Of a DNA stretch of 64,000 bases, positions 9,643 through 19,394 are shown piece by piece; the first letter of the stretch is position 1, and each line of letters opens with the position of its first letter. The translations under genes and the position numbers were made by a program. The notes below the pieces were generated by a model. That model was not told the DNA's origin. It saw only the letters and a program-made list of their open reading frames with translations, and ran no database searches. This stretch comes from a virus. Where the stretch lies: IMG/VR virus record IMGVR_UViG_3300031469_000005, positions 48,887 to 112,886 of that record, one strand, 5' to 3'.

Positions 9643-9905
9643 TGACCAAGATCTTGGGAGAAGTTCCTCGGAAGAGTCTTGCTGGCTCAACGAGGTTCAT
9701 TGAGAACTTCCAACCGGGATTTCTTATTTCCGATAGAATGGACAAGAAGGTTCTGTTGGTCATCGCGGTCGATAACATGTGCAAGAAAACCTTTCACGTT
9801 GATGGGTACAGCACGACGTTAACATTTCACGATTTGACTCAACTGGATTTTGCGAATGGTACGAGTGAATTTCACGCACAATTGTACGTTGTTGGCATCT
9901 TGTGA
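9642..9905 (+). CDS. small xPG family protein
   Basis: ENFQPGFLI...LVIAVD. Confidence 0.45.
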   Translation: MTKILGEVPRKSLAGSTRFIENFQPGFLISDRMDKKVLLVIAVDNMCKKTFHVDGYSTTLTFHDLTQLDFANGTSEFHAQLYVVGIL

Positions 9906-9939
9906 GTGTTCGTTAATGTTCAACGTGTTAGGATAGATC

Positions 9940-10155
9940 ATGACTGATTCTCACGCTTCGATGGCTCAGGCCTGGCTCGATATTGAAGAAGAGGTTCTTC
10001 AAGGCGGGGTTCCCGAGCTCGAGAACGAGTACTTTCGAATGGTTCGTAACCAGCGTCTCATCAACAGCCAACAGGAACTTGACGAGATCAACGAGGACCC
10101 CGAAATCAACGCTCTTTACGAGCTCGATGCACTCGAGAGGAGCTCGTTTCGATGA
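9940..10155 (+). CDS. acidic hypothetical protein
   Basis: ORF track, promoter GTGTTC(9906)-N17-TAGGAT. Confidence 0.6.
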   Translation: MTDSHASMAQAWLDIEEEVLQGGVPELENEYFRMVRNQRLINSQQELDEINEDPEINALYELDALERSSFR

Positions 10156-10328
10156 CAATCTTCGCTTACTTCGCTGCTCTCGCAATCATCATCTTCATTG
10201 ATGATTCGTACCACAACTGGGAAGCGAATCAATAAATCAACGACGCAAGATAGATCCGCGAACTGGCACCTCAGCAGGCGTTCTGGGGTTTCGTTGTATC
10301 AACCGCTATTAACATTCATTAACACATC

Positions 10329-10763
10329 ATGCCAGGGAAGATAATTTTTGGGACGTACTTTACGAAGGACATGATCGAATCGTCGGTCAACATCAGCCAC
10401 ATGCTTGGAAAGTACCGTGCGTGGTTGTTCACCGAATTGATGTTCGTGAAATGTCCTTACTTGGATCTTGCCTACGTGGGTAAATGCGTGTGCAACATCG
10501 AAAGCGTTGACGACATCAGCAGCGCGTACTCTCAGGATCGATTATCGTTGGATGATCGCTTGAATTCGTTAGTGATGGTCAAGCGAATTCCCTGTGAGTT
10601 GCGAGAAGTCCTGCCACTTGCTGATCTCTACGTCGTCGGGTGTTCGCTGGTGTCGGATCGTCCTCGACCGAAGAATCTCGTTGAAAATGCGAATTATCGC
10701 AAAATTGGTTATTTACACGACTCTGATGTCGTAGATGTGTACACAGACACATTAAAGTTGTAG
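10329..10763 (+). CDS. hypothetical protein
   Basis: ORF track. Confidence 0.5.
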   Translation: MPGKIIFGTYFTKDMIESSVNISHMLGKYRAWLFTELMFVKCPYLDLAYVGKCVCNIESVDDISSAYSQDRLSLDDRLNSLVMVKRIPCELREVLPLADLYVVGCSLVSDRPRPKNLVENANYRKIGYLHDSDVVDVYTDTLKL

Positions 10764-10775
10764 GATCAAGTTCAC

Positions 10776-11111
10776 ATGGCATGGAATGTCGTGATCACGC
10801 AAGTTGATCCAAATGGTGACGGTCACGGATTCGTTGCAACTGATTCAGCCTCTGGCGAGGTGATTCGCGGAACGGTCGGGAGGTATCCGCCTCACTTGAG
10901 GGTGATGCCGAAAGCATTCTTCAATGCTATCGCGATCGCTGTTTCAAACGTCAAACGTGATGAATCGTTCGACGATCAGACACAACCGATCGAGCCTTCT
11001 AGAATGATCGAAATTGTTCAAGAATCTTCTCATCGTGCTGAAACGGTGATAAACGCCCCCTTAGCAAAATGGAACGGATGGAAAACCTTCCAGAAACCAC
11101 GATACAAGTAA
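10776..11111 (+). CDS. hypothetical protein
   Basis: ORF track, promoter-like motif upstream. Confidence 0.55.
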   Translation: MAWNVVITQVDPNGDGHGFVATDSASGEVIRGTVGRYPPHLRVMPKAFFNAIAIAVSNVKRDESFDDQTQPIEPSRMIEIVQESSHRAETVINAPLAKWNGWKTFQKPRYK

Positions 11112-11299
11112 TGTTTAAACGAATCAAGAATGGAATTGAAAAGGTTACGAACGTTGTCGATGCACGAGCAATCGTGAAATCAATGTCGTCGCCTAAGGTC
11201 GTCGCTGTTGCAAAGGTGTTCATCGCCACCGTCGCGCTTTTTCAGGCGCTGGACGCTTTGACTGATTCTAGCAGGAAGATTGGATTCAAGACGAAATGA
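11111..11299 (+). CDS. small hypothetical protein
   Basis: coupled ATG after the upstream TAA, ends KIGFK. Confidence 0.45.
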   Translation: MFKRIKNGIEKVTNVVDARAIVKSMSSPKVVAVAKVFIATVALFQALDALTDSSRKIGFKTK

Positions 11300-12867
11300 A
11301 GTACAATTTGTCTCCTTCGGAACTCTTTGAAGAAGCCATCATCAACGGCGAAGGTTACGTTGGTGAGAACGGGCAACTATGCGTTGCTACCGGAGAACAC
11401 ACGGGGCGAGCAGCGAACGACAAGTACATCGTCAAGAATGATGCATTGACTGATGTTTCCTACGGAAAGGCTGGAACGCCGCTGGAACCGTCAACGTTCA
11501 CGCAACTAGGGGACCTAACGGTAGGTTACCTTAAGGCGAAGGCAACGACGGGATGCTACATTGTTGATTTTTATGCAGCGGGAAAAAAGTGTCGTCTCAT
11601 TGCGGAAAAAGCATGGCATGCATTGTTCGTCACTCGAATGTTCGAACAATCTGAACATTCGCAAGTGACTGCGGAAACGTTGCTTGACCCCTCGATCGAG
11701 CTTGACCACTCGATCGATCTGACGATCATCGATGTGCCAGATCTTCAAGTGAAACTGCCCGAATTGCGCAGTTCAACCTTCATTGCATGCGATTTCATCA
11801 ATGGGTTCGTCTTGATCGGTGGAACTAACTACGCCGGAGAAATCAAAAAGAGCGTGTTCTCATTCCTGGCATACAAGTTTCCAGAAGAAAACATCCTTCC
11901 GATGCATTCGAGCGTGACAGCTTCGAGCAACGGGAACGATTCATGCAATTGCGAAGGTCATTGTAATTGTGCTGGCAAGAACGTGACAGTATTCTTCGGT
12001 CTATCCGGTACGGGTAAAACGACCCTGAGTGCAAACAAGGGAAGTCGATTGCTCGGTGACGATGAACATGGTTGGTCTGGTGACGGCGTCTTCAACTTTG
12101 AAACGGGTTGCTACGCAAAGGTGATCGATCTTTCCGAAAAGAATGAGCCCGCTATCTGGAACGCGTGTAACCAACACTTGACCGTCCTTGAAAACGTCAG
12201 GATGACTGACAACAGAAGGATCGATTTCATGGATCGAACGTTGACAGAGAACACACGTGCTGCATATCAACTGAATCGTATTCAAGGTGCCTTACCAAAC
12301 AATCTCGTGGTAACTCACCCACGAAACATCATCATGTTGACATGCGATGCATTCGGTGTTCTTCCCGCCGTGGCAAAGCTCAATAAATTCTCCGCGGCAT
12401 ATCACTTCGTGATGGGTTACACGGCGAAGGTTGCCGGAACTGAAAAGGGAACGACGGAACCGACAGCGACGTTCAGTTGCTGTTTTGGTGCACCTTTCAT
12501 GCTGAAGAACGTCATGGTGTACGCCGATCTCCTCATGAAGAGAATTGATGAGCACCAACCAGACATCTTTTTAGTGAATACGGGCTGGTTTGGCGGCGGA
12601 TATGGCGTTGGAAATCGAATTTCAATTCAAGAAACGCGAAAAATTATTGACAATATCGTTTCGGGACAATATAAAAATGCGCCTTGTAAACTTAACAAGA
12701 CGTTTAATTTGAACGTCATCGAAGGTTCATTCAATGAAGATCCTCGTTCATCGTGGAATGATAAAAAGTCATACGATGATATGGCCAAAGAATTAGTTGA
12801 AAAATTTCGAGAAAATGCGAAGACATATCAAATGTCGGATGAAATTTTAAATGCCGGAATTTTCTAA
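11296..12867 (+). CDS. pckA: phosphoenolpyruvate carboxykinase (ATP)
   Basis: TGR, YAGEIKK, MHSS, FFGLSGTGKTTLS, GDDEHGW, GCYAK, ENTR, CFGAPF, NTGW. Confidence 0.97.
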   Translation: MKYNLSPSELFEEAIINGEGYVGENGQLCVATGEHTGRAANDKYIVKNDALTDVSYGKAGTPLEPSTFTQLGDLTVGYLKAKATTGCYIVDFYAAGKKCRLIAEKAWHALFVTRMFEQSEHSQVTAETLLDPSIELDHSIDLTIIDVPDLQVKLPELRSSTFIACDFINGFVLIGGTNYAGEIKKSVFSFLAYKFPEENILPMHSSVTASSNGNDSCNCEGHCNCAGKNVTVFFGLSGTGKTTLSANKGSRLLGDDEHGWSGDGVFNFETGCYAKVIDLSEKNEPAIWNACNQHLTVLENVRMTDNRRIDFMDRTLTENTRAAYQLNRIQGALPNNLVVTHPRNIIMLTCDAFGVLPAVAKLNKFSAAYHFVMGYTAKVAGTEKGTTEPTATFSCCFGAPFMLKNVMVYADLLMKRIDEHQPDIFLVNTGWFGGGYGVGNRISIQETRKIIDNIVSGQYKNAPCKLNKTFNLNVIEGSFNEDPRSSWNDKKSYDDMAKELVEKFRENAKTYQMSDEILNAGIF

Positions 12868-12965
12868 AACTCTTAACAATTCTTCGTCGCCCGGTCGTGC
12901 ACGATTATGTTCTAATCGCCATTTCGCTCGTTGTTTTAGTTGAGCGTTGCTGTTGTTTTTATTTT

Positions 12966-13121
12966 GATAAGGATGCATACGATGCGACCGCAACAAAGCT
13001 CGTTGGAATGTTCAACGAAAATGCGAAGCAATTCCTGCTCGATTTGACTGTCTATCAAGCGGGAATGCCGACGTTGGTAACCGCAAGCGAACAACACACA
13101 ATCTTCAAGAAGAATTCATGA
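12966..13121 (+). pseudogene. displaced second copy of the PckA C-terminus
   Basis: DKDAYDATATKLVGMFNENAKQF aligns with DKKSYDDMAKELVEKFRENAKTY of pckA. Confidence 0.7.
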
Positions 13122-13381
13122 ACACATTACCATACAAAGTCATCAACATTGCAACGAAGTTCGTGCAACACGAAGGTCGAATCGGATTCGACGCCGCGGC
13201 CCTGTTGACCCCCAAAAGCATACTGAGCATTCCTTGTGGGCGGTTCATTGTTGTGAACACTGAACTTGATCTCAATGGAAGCGAAGCAAGCTTGATCGTC
13301 TTTGTCAATGTCAACAAGTCCGTACTGCTTGAGGCATCGACCGCCTACGTAAGCTCCAGTCATAATACGATCTTAGCATAA
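13118..13381 (+). CDS. hypothetical protein
   Basis: ORF track. Confidence 0.4.
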   Translation: MNTLPYKVINIATKFVQHEGRIGFDAAALLTPKSILSIPCGRFIVVNTELDLNGSEASLIVFVNVNKSVLLEASTAYVSSSHNTILA

Positions 13382-13402
13382 ACATCTCGTTCACGTAGCT
13401 TA

Positions 13403-14200
13403 ATGAGTTCCTCATACACAAACGTGAGTCGGATAAAGTTCCTCTCAAAAGGAGGCGTTGCAGGTGAGATTCCTGTCGTGAACGAGAAGTTTGATATTCC
13501 CATTCAAGAGATCCGTATCGGCGATTTGATCATTGATCACAACAACCATATTTTCTTATTGATCGCAAGTCAACTTGAATTCGACGGATCGATGCTGATG
13601 ACGTTTGCATACAATTCTTCCAGATGGAATCGTGATTCACAACTTGAATCGAAACGATTCTTGGTATTTACTTTACCGTTTTTTCAACTTTTTACGGAGC
13701 TAAATTCTGGTCAAGGGACGAACAACATGTTTGATTTTGTGTGTGTAGGATTCTTTTTGGGCATCGCAGTGACGTACTTCTCAATTCGCTACGCTCCCCG
13801 ATTGAGGTCGGGCGGTCATTCGTGTGGAACATGTAGGGTTGACAAGACGCTTTCAAAGGTTTCCTATTCAATCTGTGCAACGTTCAGAGATGGTAACAAG
13901 CAAATTTACCACAACGTTGGAGCACATGAATTTCTTGTTCAACGGAACGGCGGAAGATCGGATTTCGTATCAAAAAACGTCTCAGGCGTCTATGATACGA
14001 ATGGAAAGCTCGTAGTTAAAGTTCCGTTCAATTTCATCAAAGAATGGTGGTTCTTGAGCCAAAAAGATCACTTTTCGAAGCTTGAAACGGAAGATGTGAA
14101 TCGAATTCTTGATTTCATCGTCACTGATGCGATCTGTTGGATCAATGCTCCGCCCGACTTGAAGTTGTTGATTGCAAAACTCAAAGAAGACAAAAAATGA
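13403..14200 (+). CDS. probably two genes (IGD-family protein, then a membrane-anchored protein from ~13727) fused by a T6 frameshift
   Basis: QEIRIGDLII...LLIAS, then MFDFVCVGFFLGIAV hydrophobic start. Confidence 0.45.
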   Translation: MSSSYTNVSRIKFLSKGGVAGEIPVVNEKFDIPIQEIRIGDLIIDHNNHIFLLIASQLEFDGSMLMTFAYNSSRWNRDSQLESKRFLVFTLPFFQLFTELNSGQGTNNMFDFVCVGFFLGIAVTYFSIRYAPRLRSGGHSCGTCRVDKTLSKVSYSICATFRDGNKQIYHNVGAHEFLVQRNGGRSDFVSKNVSGVYDTNGKLVVKVPFNFIKEWWFLSQKDHFSKLETEDVNRILDFIVTDAICWINAPPDLKLLIAKLKEDKK

Positions 14201-14379
14201 AACGAAACATCTTAGCTTTACTTTTTATCACATCATGCGTTTCTTCATCGCTTCCTTCCCCCGATCGATTTCGAAAGGATGATCTGTACTGTTGGATCAA
14301 AACCTCTCAAGGCGAATGGGTTGCACGTGGAATCCCAGAATCGTGTCCAGAAGGTACGTCAACGCTTGACGTTGAATGA
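14197..14379 (+). CDS. small putative lipoprotein
   Basis: MKRNILALLFITSC signal/lipobox. Confidence 0.5.
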   Translation: MKRNILALLFITSCVSSSLPSPDRFRKDDLYCWIKTSQGEWVARGIPESCPEGTSTLDVE

Positions 14380-14421
14380 AAATTGATTTGAACGTTGCTT
14401 CAATGATGATTATGGTATCTC

Positions 14422-14541
14422 ATGATCGGTGACCACGCTCGGTGGCGAGGCCGAATTGTTCGCATAACTGACGAGTATTGGGGCGTTGTGATGTTCACGC
14501 TAAAAGGCAAGCATTACGAAGCGATGATTTCAGAGCTCTAA
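14422..14541 (+). CDS. 39-aa SH3-like microprotein
   Basis: MIGDHARWRGRIVRITDEYWGVVMFTLKGKHYEAMISEL, below the ORF-track cutoff. Confidence 0.4.
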   Translation: MIGDHARWRGRIVRITDEYWGVVMFTLKGKHYEAMISEL

Positions 14542-14639
14542 CCGATTCACTTACGAATCTTAAGGTAAAATGACGACAGAATCTTTCAGAAATAAAGTTA
14601 ACAATTTACATTTAGAAAAGTCGAAAAAAAATTAGTCTA

Positions 14640-15422
14640 TTGAACACGGGTGACAGGATCGTTTCGACGTACCTCAACGAACTTCGTAAGTACCCACAGC
14701 TTGAACATGAAGAAGTTGTTGAGCTCTTTAAGAAGATCGAAAACAAGGCAATCGACTGTAACGCAGCAAGAAAGAGGTTGATCGAATGCAACCTCCGTCT
14801 CGTCGTCTCGATTGCAAAGAAGTACAAGAACTACAATCTCCCAATCGAAGATCTGATTCAAGAGGGCAACCTGGGTCTGATCAAGGGCATCGAGCGTTTC
14901 GACTGGTCGAAGGGATTCAAGTTCAGCACGTACGCATCTTGGTGGATTCAACAAGCCATCGGGCAACACGTGTTAAAGCGTCGTAGGACGATCAGGTTGC
15001 CTGGACATGCTGCCACAGCCCAAAGCAAGATCATGAATGTTTCAGAGGTATATCGGTTGAAGTTCAACATGAGTCCCTCAATTGAGGAGATCGTTGCGGC
15101 GACAGGAATTTCTGAGACGATCGTGAAGGCTACGCTTCAATCAACTCGCAACACGATATCGTTTTCCGATCGACCGAATGCAAACAGTTCGGAAACATTC
15201 GGAGACAAGATCGTGGATGACACTAACGATTCTGACCCCTACTTGAACCTCTCAAAGAAAGAGTTGCTGGGTATCGTTGGAAAGGTGATCAAAACGCTTT
15301 CAAAGAAGGAGGCAATCATACTTCGACTGAGATTTGGTCTCATAGACGATGTCGATTGCACAGATTACACAGTTTCCCAGGGCGAGGTTGAATCTATCAT
15401 GGCTGGAAAAGGACTTGAATGA
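14640..15422 (+). CDS. RNA polymerase sigma-70 family factor lacking the region 4.2 HTH
   Basis: YL (1.2), [67 protein letters not shown], then ends. Confidence 0.93.
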   Translation: MNTGDRIVSTYLNELRKYPQLEHEEVVELFKKIENKAIDCNAARKRLIECNLRLVVSIAKKYKNYNLPIEDLIQEGNLGLIKGIERFDWSKGFKFSTYASWWIQQAIGQHVLKRRRTIRLPGHAATAQSKIMNVSEVYRLKFNMSPSIEEIVAATGISETIVKATLQSTRNTISFSDRPNANSSETFGDKIVDDTNDSDPYLNLSKKELLGIVGKVIKTLSKKEAIILRLRFGLIDDVDCTDYTVSQGEVESIMAGKGLE

Positions 15423-15724
15423 GCGACGTTGAAAAAATTGACAGTGAAGTTAAAGAGGATGCGTCTGGATCGAACGACGAAGGTGTCAACTACAGGGACA
15501 TTGCTCAATTGATGACCGAAAGTGGGTACAAGATGAACCACTCTTCGGTGAGGAACTACGTGATTCGTATCATGAAAAAGTTCGTCAGTGCCTATGTATC
15601 ACGGAACGATATTAACTTGACGGATGAAAGGATCGATGAGATCGCTAAATCGTCATCATTTCAGAAGGTGATGGCGAACATCCTTCACATGCACTCAATA
15701 AAGGATAAGAATGTCAAACGTTGA
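15419..15724 (+). CDS. HTH protein resembling sigma region 4.2
   Basis: [29 protein letters not shown]-coupled to sigma. Confidence 0.6.
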   Translation: MSDVEKIDSEVKEDASGSNDEGVNYRDIAQLMTESGYKMNHSSVRNYVIRIMKKFVSAYVSRNDINLTDERIDEIAKSSSFQKVMANILHMHSIKDKNVKR

Positions 15725-16097
15725 ACTCAAGAACGTGCCCAGCATGAAGCTCGAAAGCGTGCTTCGTCGCAGGAAGACAACATTGAAAAAATTCATTGCA
15801 GATGCGGGCGTACAATCGTACGCCGGTTTGCAATCACTGTGTCAAAGATTTGGTGTAACACCGCCCGATGAGAAAACATTCAATGATGAGATCAATCCAC
15901 CTCTCGTCACTAGTCAGCAGGACGGGATCGTTGTCGTAACATCGTACGAATCGCCAGTCATTGAACAAAACGTTGTTCAACCTCCCGTTGAAAAGAAACG
16001 TTACAAGAAATGGTCAGAAGCGAAGGAAGATCGTAAGAATCGACAAATGGAAAATGTTGTCAGTTCGGACTCGAACAAAGGTTCAAAAGATGAGTGA
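15711..16097 (+). CDS. hypothetical protein
   Basis: ORF track, AGGA SD. Confidence 0.65.
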   Translation: MSNVELKNVPSMKLESVLRRRKTTLKKFIADAGVQSYAGLQSLCQRFGVTPPDEKTFNDEINPPLVTSQQDGIVVVTSYESPVIEQNVVQPPVEKKRYKKWSEAKEDRKNRQMENVVSSDSNKGSKDE

Positions 16098-16443
16098 GGC
16101 TCGTAAAATGAGCAATTTAAACCTCGTTGTTCAAGATGTTCGTCACTTGAACGTTCGGCGTCGCAATCGAAATAAGAAAAACAGGCAGACGCATCTCGAT
16201 GAGAACGGGTTCAGCCTTCCGATGGAAATTCGTCCCGTCATCGACGTTATAATGGCATATGGTAAGAAGACGAATTCGCTTGGTACACTCGGAGCCGCAA
16301 AGATATTGACGGACATTGCTGAGTCGTTGAAAAAGTTAAATTTGCATTCGACGAATGTTGCCATTAAAGAATTGATTGACAACGCTGAGAAGCAAGCAGA
16401 GAATCTTAGATTTCAAGTTGAAGCATCATACGATGAAACGTAA
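16090..16443 (+). CDS. hypothetical protein
   Basis: ORF track, coupled start. Confidence 0.55.
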   Translation: MSEARKMSNLNLVVQDVRHLNVRRRNRNKKNRQTHLDENGFSLPMEIRPVIDVIMAYGKKTNSLGTLGAAKILTDIAESLKKLNLHSTNVAIKELIDNAEKQAENLRFQVEASYDET

Positions 16444-16463
16444 AAGACACCATAGTTACTTGG

Positions 16464-16850
16464 GTGGGAATCATAGACTCGTACTTTGAGCAAAAACTTG
16501 TAAAGTTACCCTGTGATGATGCGGTGAAAGCTTACGTGCAAAGCGTGTTCAAGCAATTTGCTGTATCATCAACAAGCGATCTGAGCGGCGAATCAATCGT
16601 ATTGCTTCACATCGTCGCTAAACGTAAGATGGACTTTTCGATGTTTCAATCGATCGGAGATTTCTCGTTGTGGTCGTCAGTGTTCCGTCCTCGAGCGTTC
16701 GATGAACACGAAGTCGTTTACAAGACGATTGCAAGTGATTCGTATCGAATGTGTCACATGATGTTGAACAAACAATGGCCCTTGTTCGAAATGCTCGCAG
16801 ATGATTTTCCGAGGATAGCGCGAATCTCAAGAAAGATTGTCATTGACTGA
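16464..16850 (+). CDS. conserved hypothetical protein (IGDFSLW...Y...LF..LA..F pattern)
   Basis: ORF track, TAGTTA motif 5 nt upstream. Confidence 0.65.
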   Translation: MGIIDSYFEQKLVKLPCDDAVKAYVQSVFKQFAVSSTSDLSGESIVLLHIVAKRKMDFSMFQSIGDFSLWSSVFRPRAFDEHEVVYKTIASDSYRMCHMMLNKQWPLFEMLADDFPRIARISRKIVID

Positions 16851-16871
16851 ACAACCGTGTTACAATGAAGG

Positions 16872-17060
16872 ATGATTGAATTCGACGCGGATCATGAATT
16901 CTTGAAGAAGATTCGAGCTCATTTCAAGAAGGAATCGAAAAGTTACGTTCTCGAAACACAAGACGAGATTGACATGGCGAAGATCTTCGTCAAGCGGGGA
17001 TTCTTGTACTATTCTGGGGGCACTGAGAGGGTCGCTCCCTTCGATTGCGTGATGAGATGA
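16872..17060 (+). CDS. hypothetical protein
   Basis: ORF track, TACAAT 5 nt upstream. Confidence 0.55.
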   Translation: MIEFDADHEFLKKIRAHFKKESKSYVLETQDEIDMAKIFVKRGFLYYSGGTERVAPFDCVMR

Positions 17061-17366
17061 ATTCCGACCGGGACAGATGCTTCTTGTCATAAGACCGTTC
17101 CATGGTTGGATTGCGTCGAAAATGTTTCCGCAATTACCTCAAAACGAATTTCTCATTTTAAAAATGACATTGTGTTCATCGTGGGAATACAAACCGTCTT
17201 TTATCGCAAAGACTTTAACGATGAAATCCCGGCGCGAGACAAGGTTGACATTCGAATTTCAATGGTCCATAAAGGAACACTCAGGGTGGGTGATCACTCA
17301 CAGATTGACAGGTTGTGGTACGAAACAAAGTTCATGGATGATGTGTTCAAACCAGTTTGTCCATGA
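17057..17366 (+). pseudogene. degenerate xRPG family protein
   Basis: FRPGQMLLVIRP then shift into the ...DIVFIVGIQ frame. Confidence 0.3.
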
Positions 17367-17398
17367 TACAATGAACTCTCACTCAGGAGATTATCAAA

Positions 17399-18175
17399 AT
17401 GGCAAGACGAGCAAGTTGTTCCGCGGTAATTAGTTTCGGTTTGGTTTCGATTCCGGTGAAGTTCTACATCGCAGCAAAGACTGAGAACGTGTCTTTCTGC
17501 CTGTTGTCACCGAAGGGTGATCGAGTCGAGCAACTCTATCGTGAAAAGAGCACGGGCAAGGAGGTAGCTCGCAACGAGATGCTCCGTGGTTACGAGGTCG
17601 GAAAGAACCAGATCGTTCAATTCACAAGCGATGAGATCAAAGCTCTAGAGGAGAAGAACAACGGTGAGATCGAGATCAAGGAGTTCGTTCCTGCATCTTC
17701 GGTGGATCTGCTTCACGTTGAAACCAGCCACCATCTTTCTCCCGGCAAGGGTGGTGATAAGGCATACACTCTCCTCGCTAAGGCCCTTCTGAAGACTGAG
17801 CAGTACGCGGTGGCACAGTACACAGCTCGTGGCAAGCAACACGTTGTGGTCATTCGTCCTTATCAGGACGGTCTCGTCATTCATCAAATGTTCCTGGCGA
17901 ACGAGGTTCGGGAATTCGAGAGCGATGTCGCCAAGGTTACCGTGAAGGACACTGAGGTCGACATGGCATGCATGTTGATCGCTTCCTTGAAGAAGGACAA
18001 GTACGATGTTTCTTCCTACGTTGACACCTACAAGGAACGCGTTGAGAAGGCCGTCGAGGCGAAGTTGGCCGGTACGAAGGCACCCGAGGAACCCGAAGCA
18101 AAGCCCGAGCCAATCAATGACCTCTTCGCGGCTCTTCAGGCGAGTCTCGCAGCTCAAGCCAAGAAGACTGCGTGA
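17399..18175 (+). CDS. ku: Ku protein (non-homologous end joining)
   Basis: ISFGLVSIPVKFY, RGYEV, IEIKEFVP, KAYTLL, DTYKERV, DLFAALQASL. Confidence 0.95.
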   Translation: MARRASCSAVISFGLVSIPVKFYIAAKTENVSFCLLSPKGDRVEQLYREKSTGKEVARNEMLRGYEVGKNQIVQFTSDEIKALEEKNNGEIEIKEFVPASSVDLLHVETSHHLSPGKGGDKAYTLLAKALLKTEQYAVAQYTARGKQHVVVIRPYQDGLVIHQMFLANEVREFESDVAKVTVKDTEVDMACMLIASLKKDKYDVSSYVDTYKERVEKAVEAKLAGTKAPEEPEAKPEPINDLFAALQASLAAQAKKTA

Positions 18176-18270
18176 ACAACTTGAGATTGACCGAGATTTA
18201 ATCATTAATTTTTATTGGTGGAAAAATAATCTCGGTCAATCGAGTGTTCTCAAGTAAACGTCGAAACATC

Positions 18271-18504
18271 ATGATGTATTCAGAATTGCTCCCGGGCGAT
18301 CTTTTAATTCTTTCTACGAAAGAACATCATAACTCGTGGTTCGTAATTTCAAAACATGTCAATGACGTTCGAAAAGATACGATGAAACTCAATGTCTTGT
18401 CATCAAGATCGAAATTGATCGTTTGGAACGCAGTTTTTGCTCGTATTGATGATACGGTACGTATTTTTCGTGAAGGAAAGTGTGTTTTCGACCCTGAGAA
18501 GTGA
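18271..18504 (+). CDS. small LLPGD family protein
   Basis: YSELLPGDLLIL..WFVIS..VRIFREGKCVF. Confidence 0.6.
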   Translation: MMYSELLPGDLLILSTKEHHNSWFVISKHVNDVRKDTMKLNVLSSRSKLIVWNAVFARIDDTVRIFREGKCVFDPEK

Positions 18505-18510
18505 TAGGAT
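18482..18510 (+). promoter_or_regulatory. recurrent promoter GTGTTT-N17-TAGGAT
   Basis: ATG 18516 is 5 nt downstream. Confidence 0.75.
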
Positions 18511-18515
18511 AAATC

Positions 18516-19394
18516 ATGCACATCAAGAGTTACTCTGGCCCAAAGGTTCAGATTCAGCCCGAGGAGCTCGCTGCGTACGATAACGGTCGATGGTCGTGCG
18601 AAGAAAAGCATGACGGCCATTTCTGCGAGATAACGACCGACGATCAGGGGACGATCGTATCGTTGATCGGCAGATCCGGGAAGACGTTCACGAATTCGAA
18701 CGTTCAAGAATTTACGAACTTGAACATCGGAATTCCCAACTCCGTATTCGTCAGCGAGCTCGAAGCGGGTACCGAAGCATCTCGTAGGAAGAACGATGCT
18801 CTCGGCCATTCTCGATTGATCGTGTTTGACGTTGTGAGGCTTTTGGGTCAGTCAACCGTTGACCTACCTAACTCACAACGTCGAGCGCTTCTCGAGCTTG
18901 CATTCACGAAGGAGAATAAGTTCGTGAAGCTCGTTAAGAGAATCACCACGGGTTTCAAGGATTTCTACGAAACGCTAATGAGTGAAGGTGCTGAAGGTAT
19001 CGTGCTCAAGCGAAATGATGCACGATACCTTCATGGCAAGACGGACAACATGATCCGGTGCAAGAAACACCGTTACGTTGATTACGTCGTCATGTCGATT
19101 GCAAAAAGCAAAGGTGGGAGTCCCAACTTTCAGGTAGGACTTTTCATCGAGGGAAAGTTGCAGCGAGTCGCAACGATAAAGAACCTTCCCAATGATTACA
19201 TTCGCCGTTACCTTGAGCTCGATTTCGGTCAAGATTGGATGACGGAAGATCTGCAAGTATTCGTTGGAAAGGTCGTCGAATGCAAGGGAGCAGAGGTTCA
19301 TGATTCAGGAGCTCTTCGTCATGGACATCTCGAACGAGTTCGAGATGACAAGACGGTCGATGAATGCACTCTTGAGGCAGCGTTGAACTCATGA
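18516..19394 (+). CDS. minimal ATP-dependent DNA ligase (LigC/LigD-ligase-like)
   Basis: EEKHDG, GRSGK, VSEL, VFDV, QRRALLE, EGIVLK, LRHGHLERVRDDK. Confidence 0.88.
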   Translation: MHIKSYSGPKVQIQPEELAAYDNGRWSCEEKHDGHFCEITTDDQGTIVSLIGRSGKTFTNSNVQEFTNLNIGIPNSVFVSELEAGTEASRRKNDALGHSRLIVFDVVRLLGQSTVDLPNSQRRALLELAFTKENKFVKLVKRITTGFKDFYETLMSEGAEGIVLKRNDARYLHGKTDNMIRCKKHRYVDYVVMSIAKSKGGSPNFQVGLFIEGKLQRVATIKNLPNDYIRRYLELDFGQDWMTEDLQVFVGKVVECKGAEVHDSGALRHGHLERVRDDKTVDECTLEAALNS

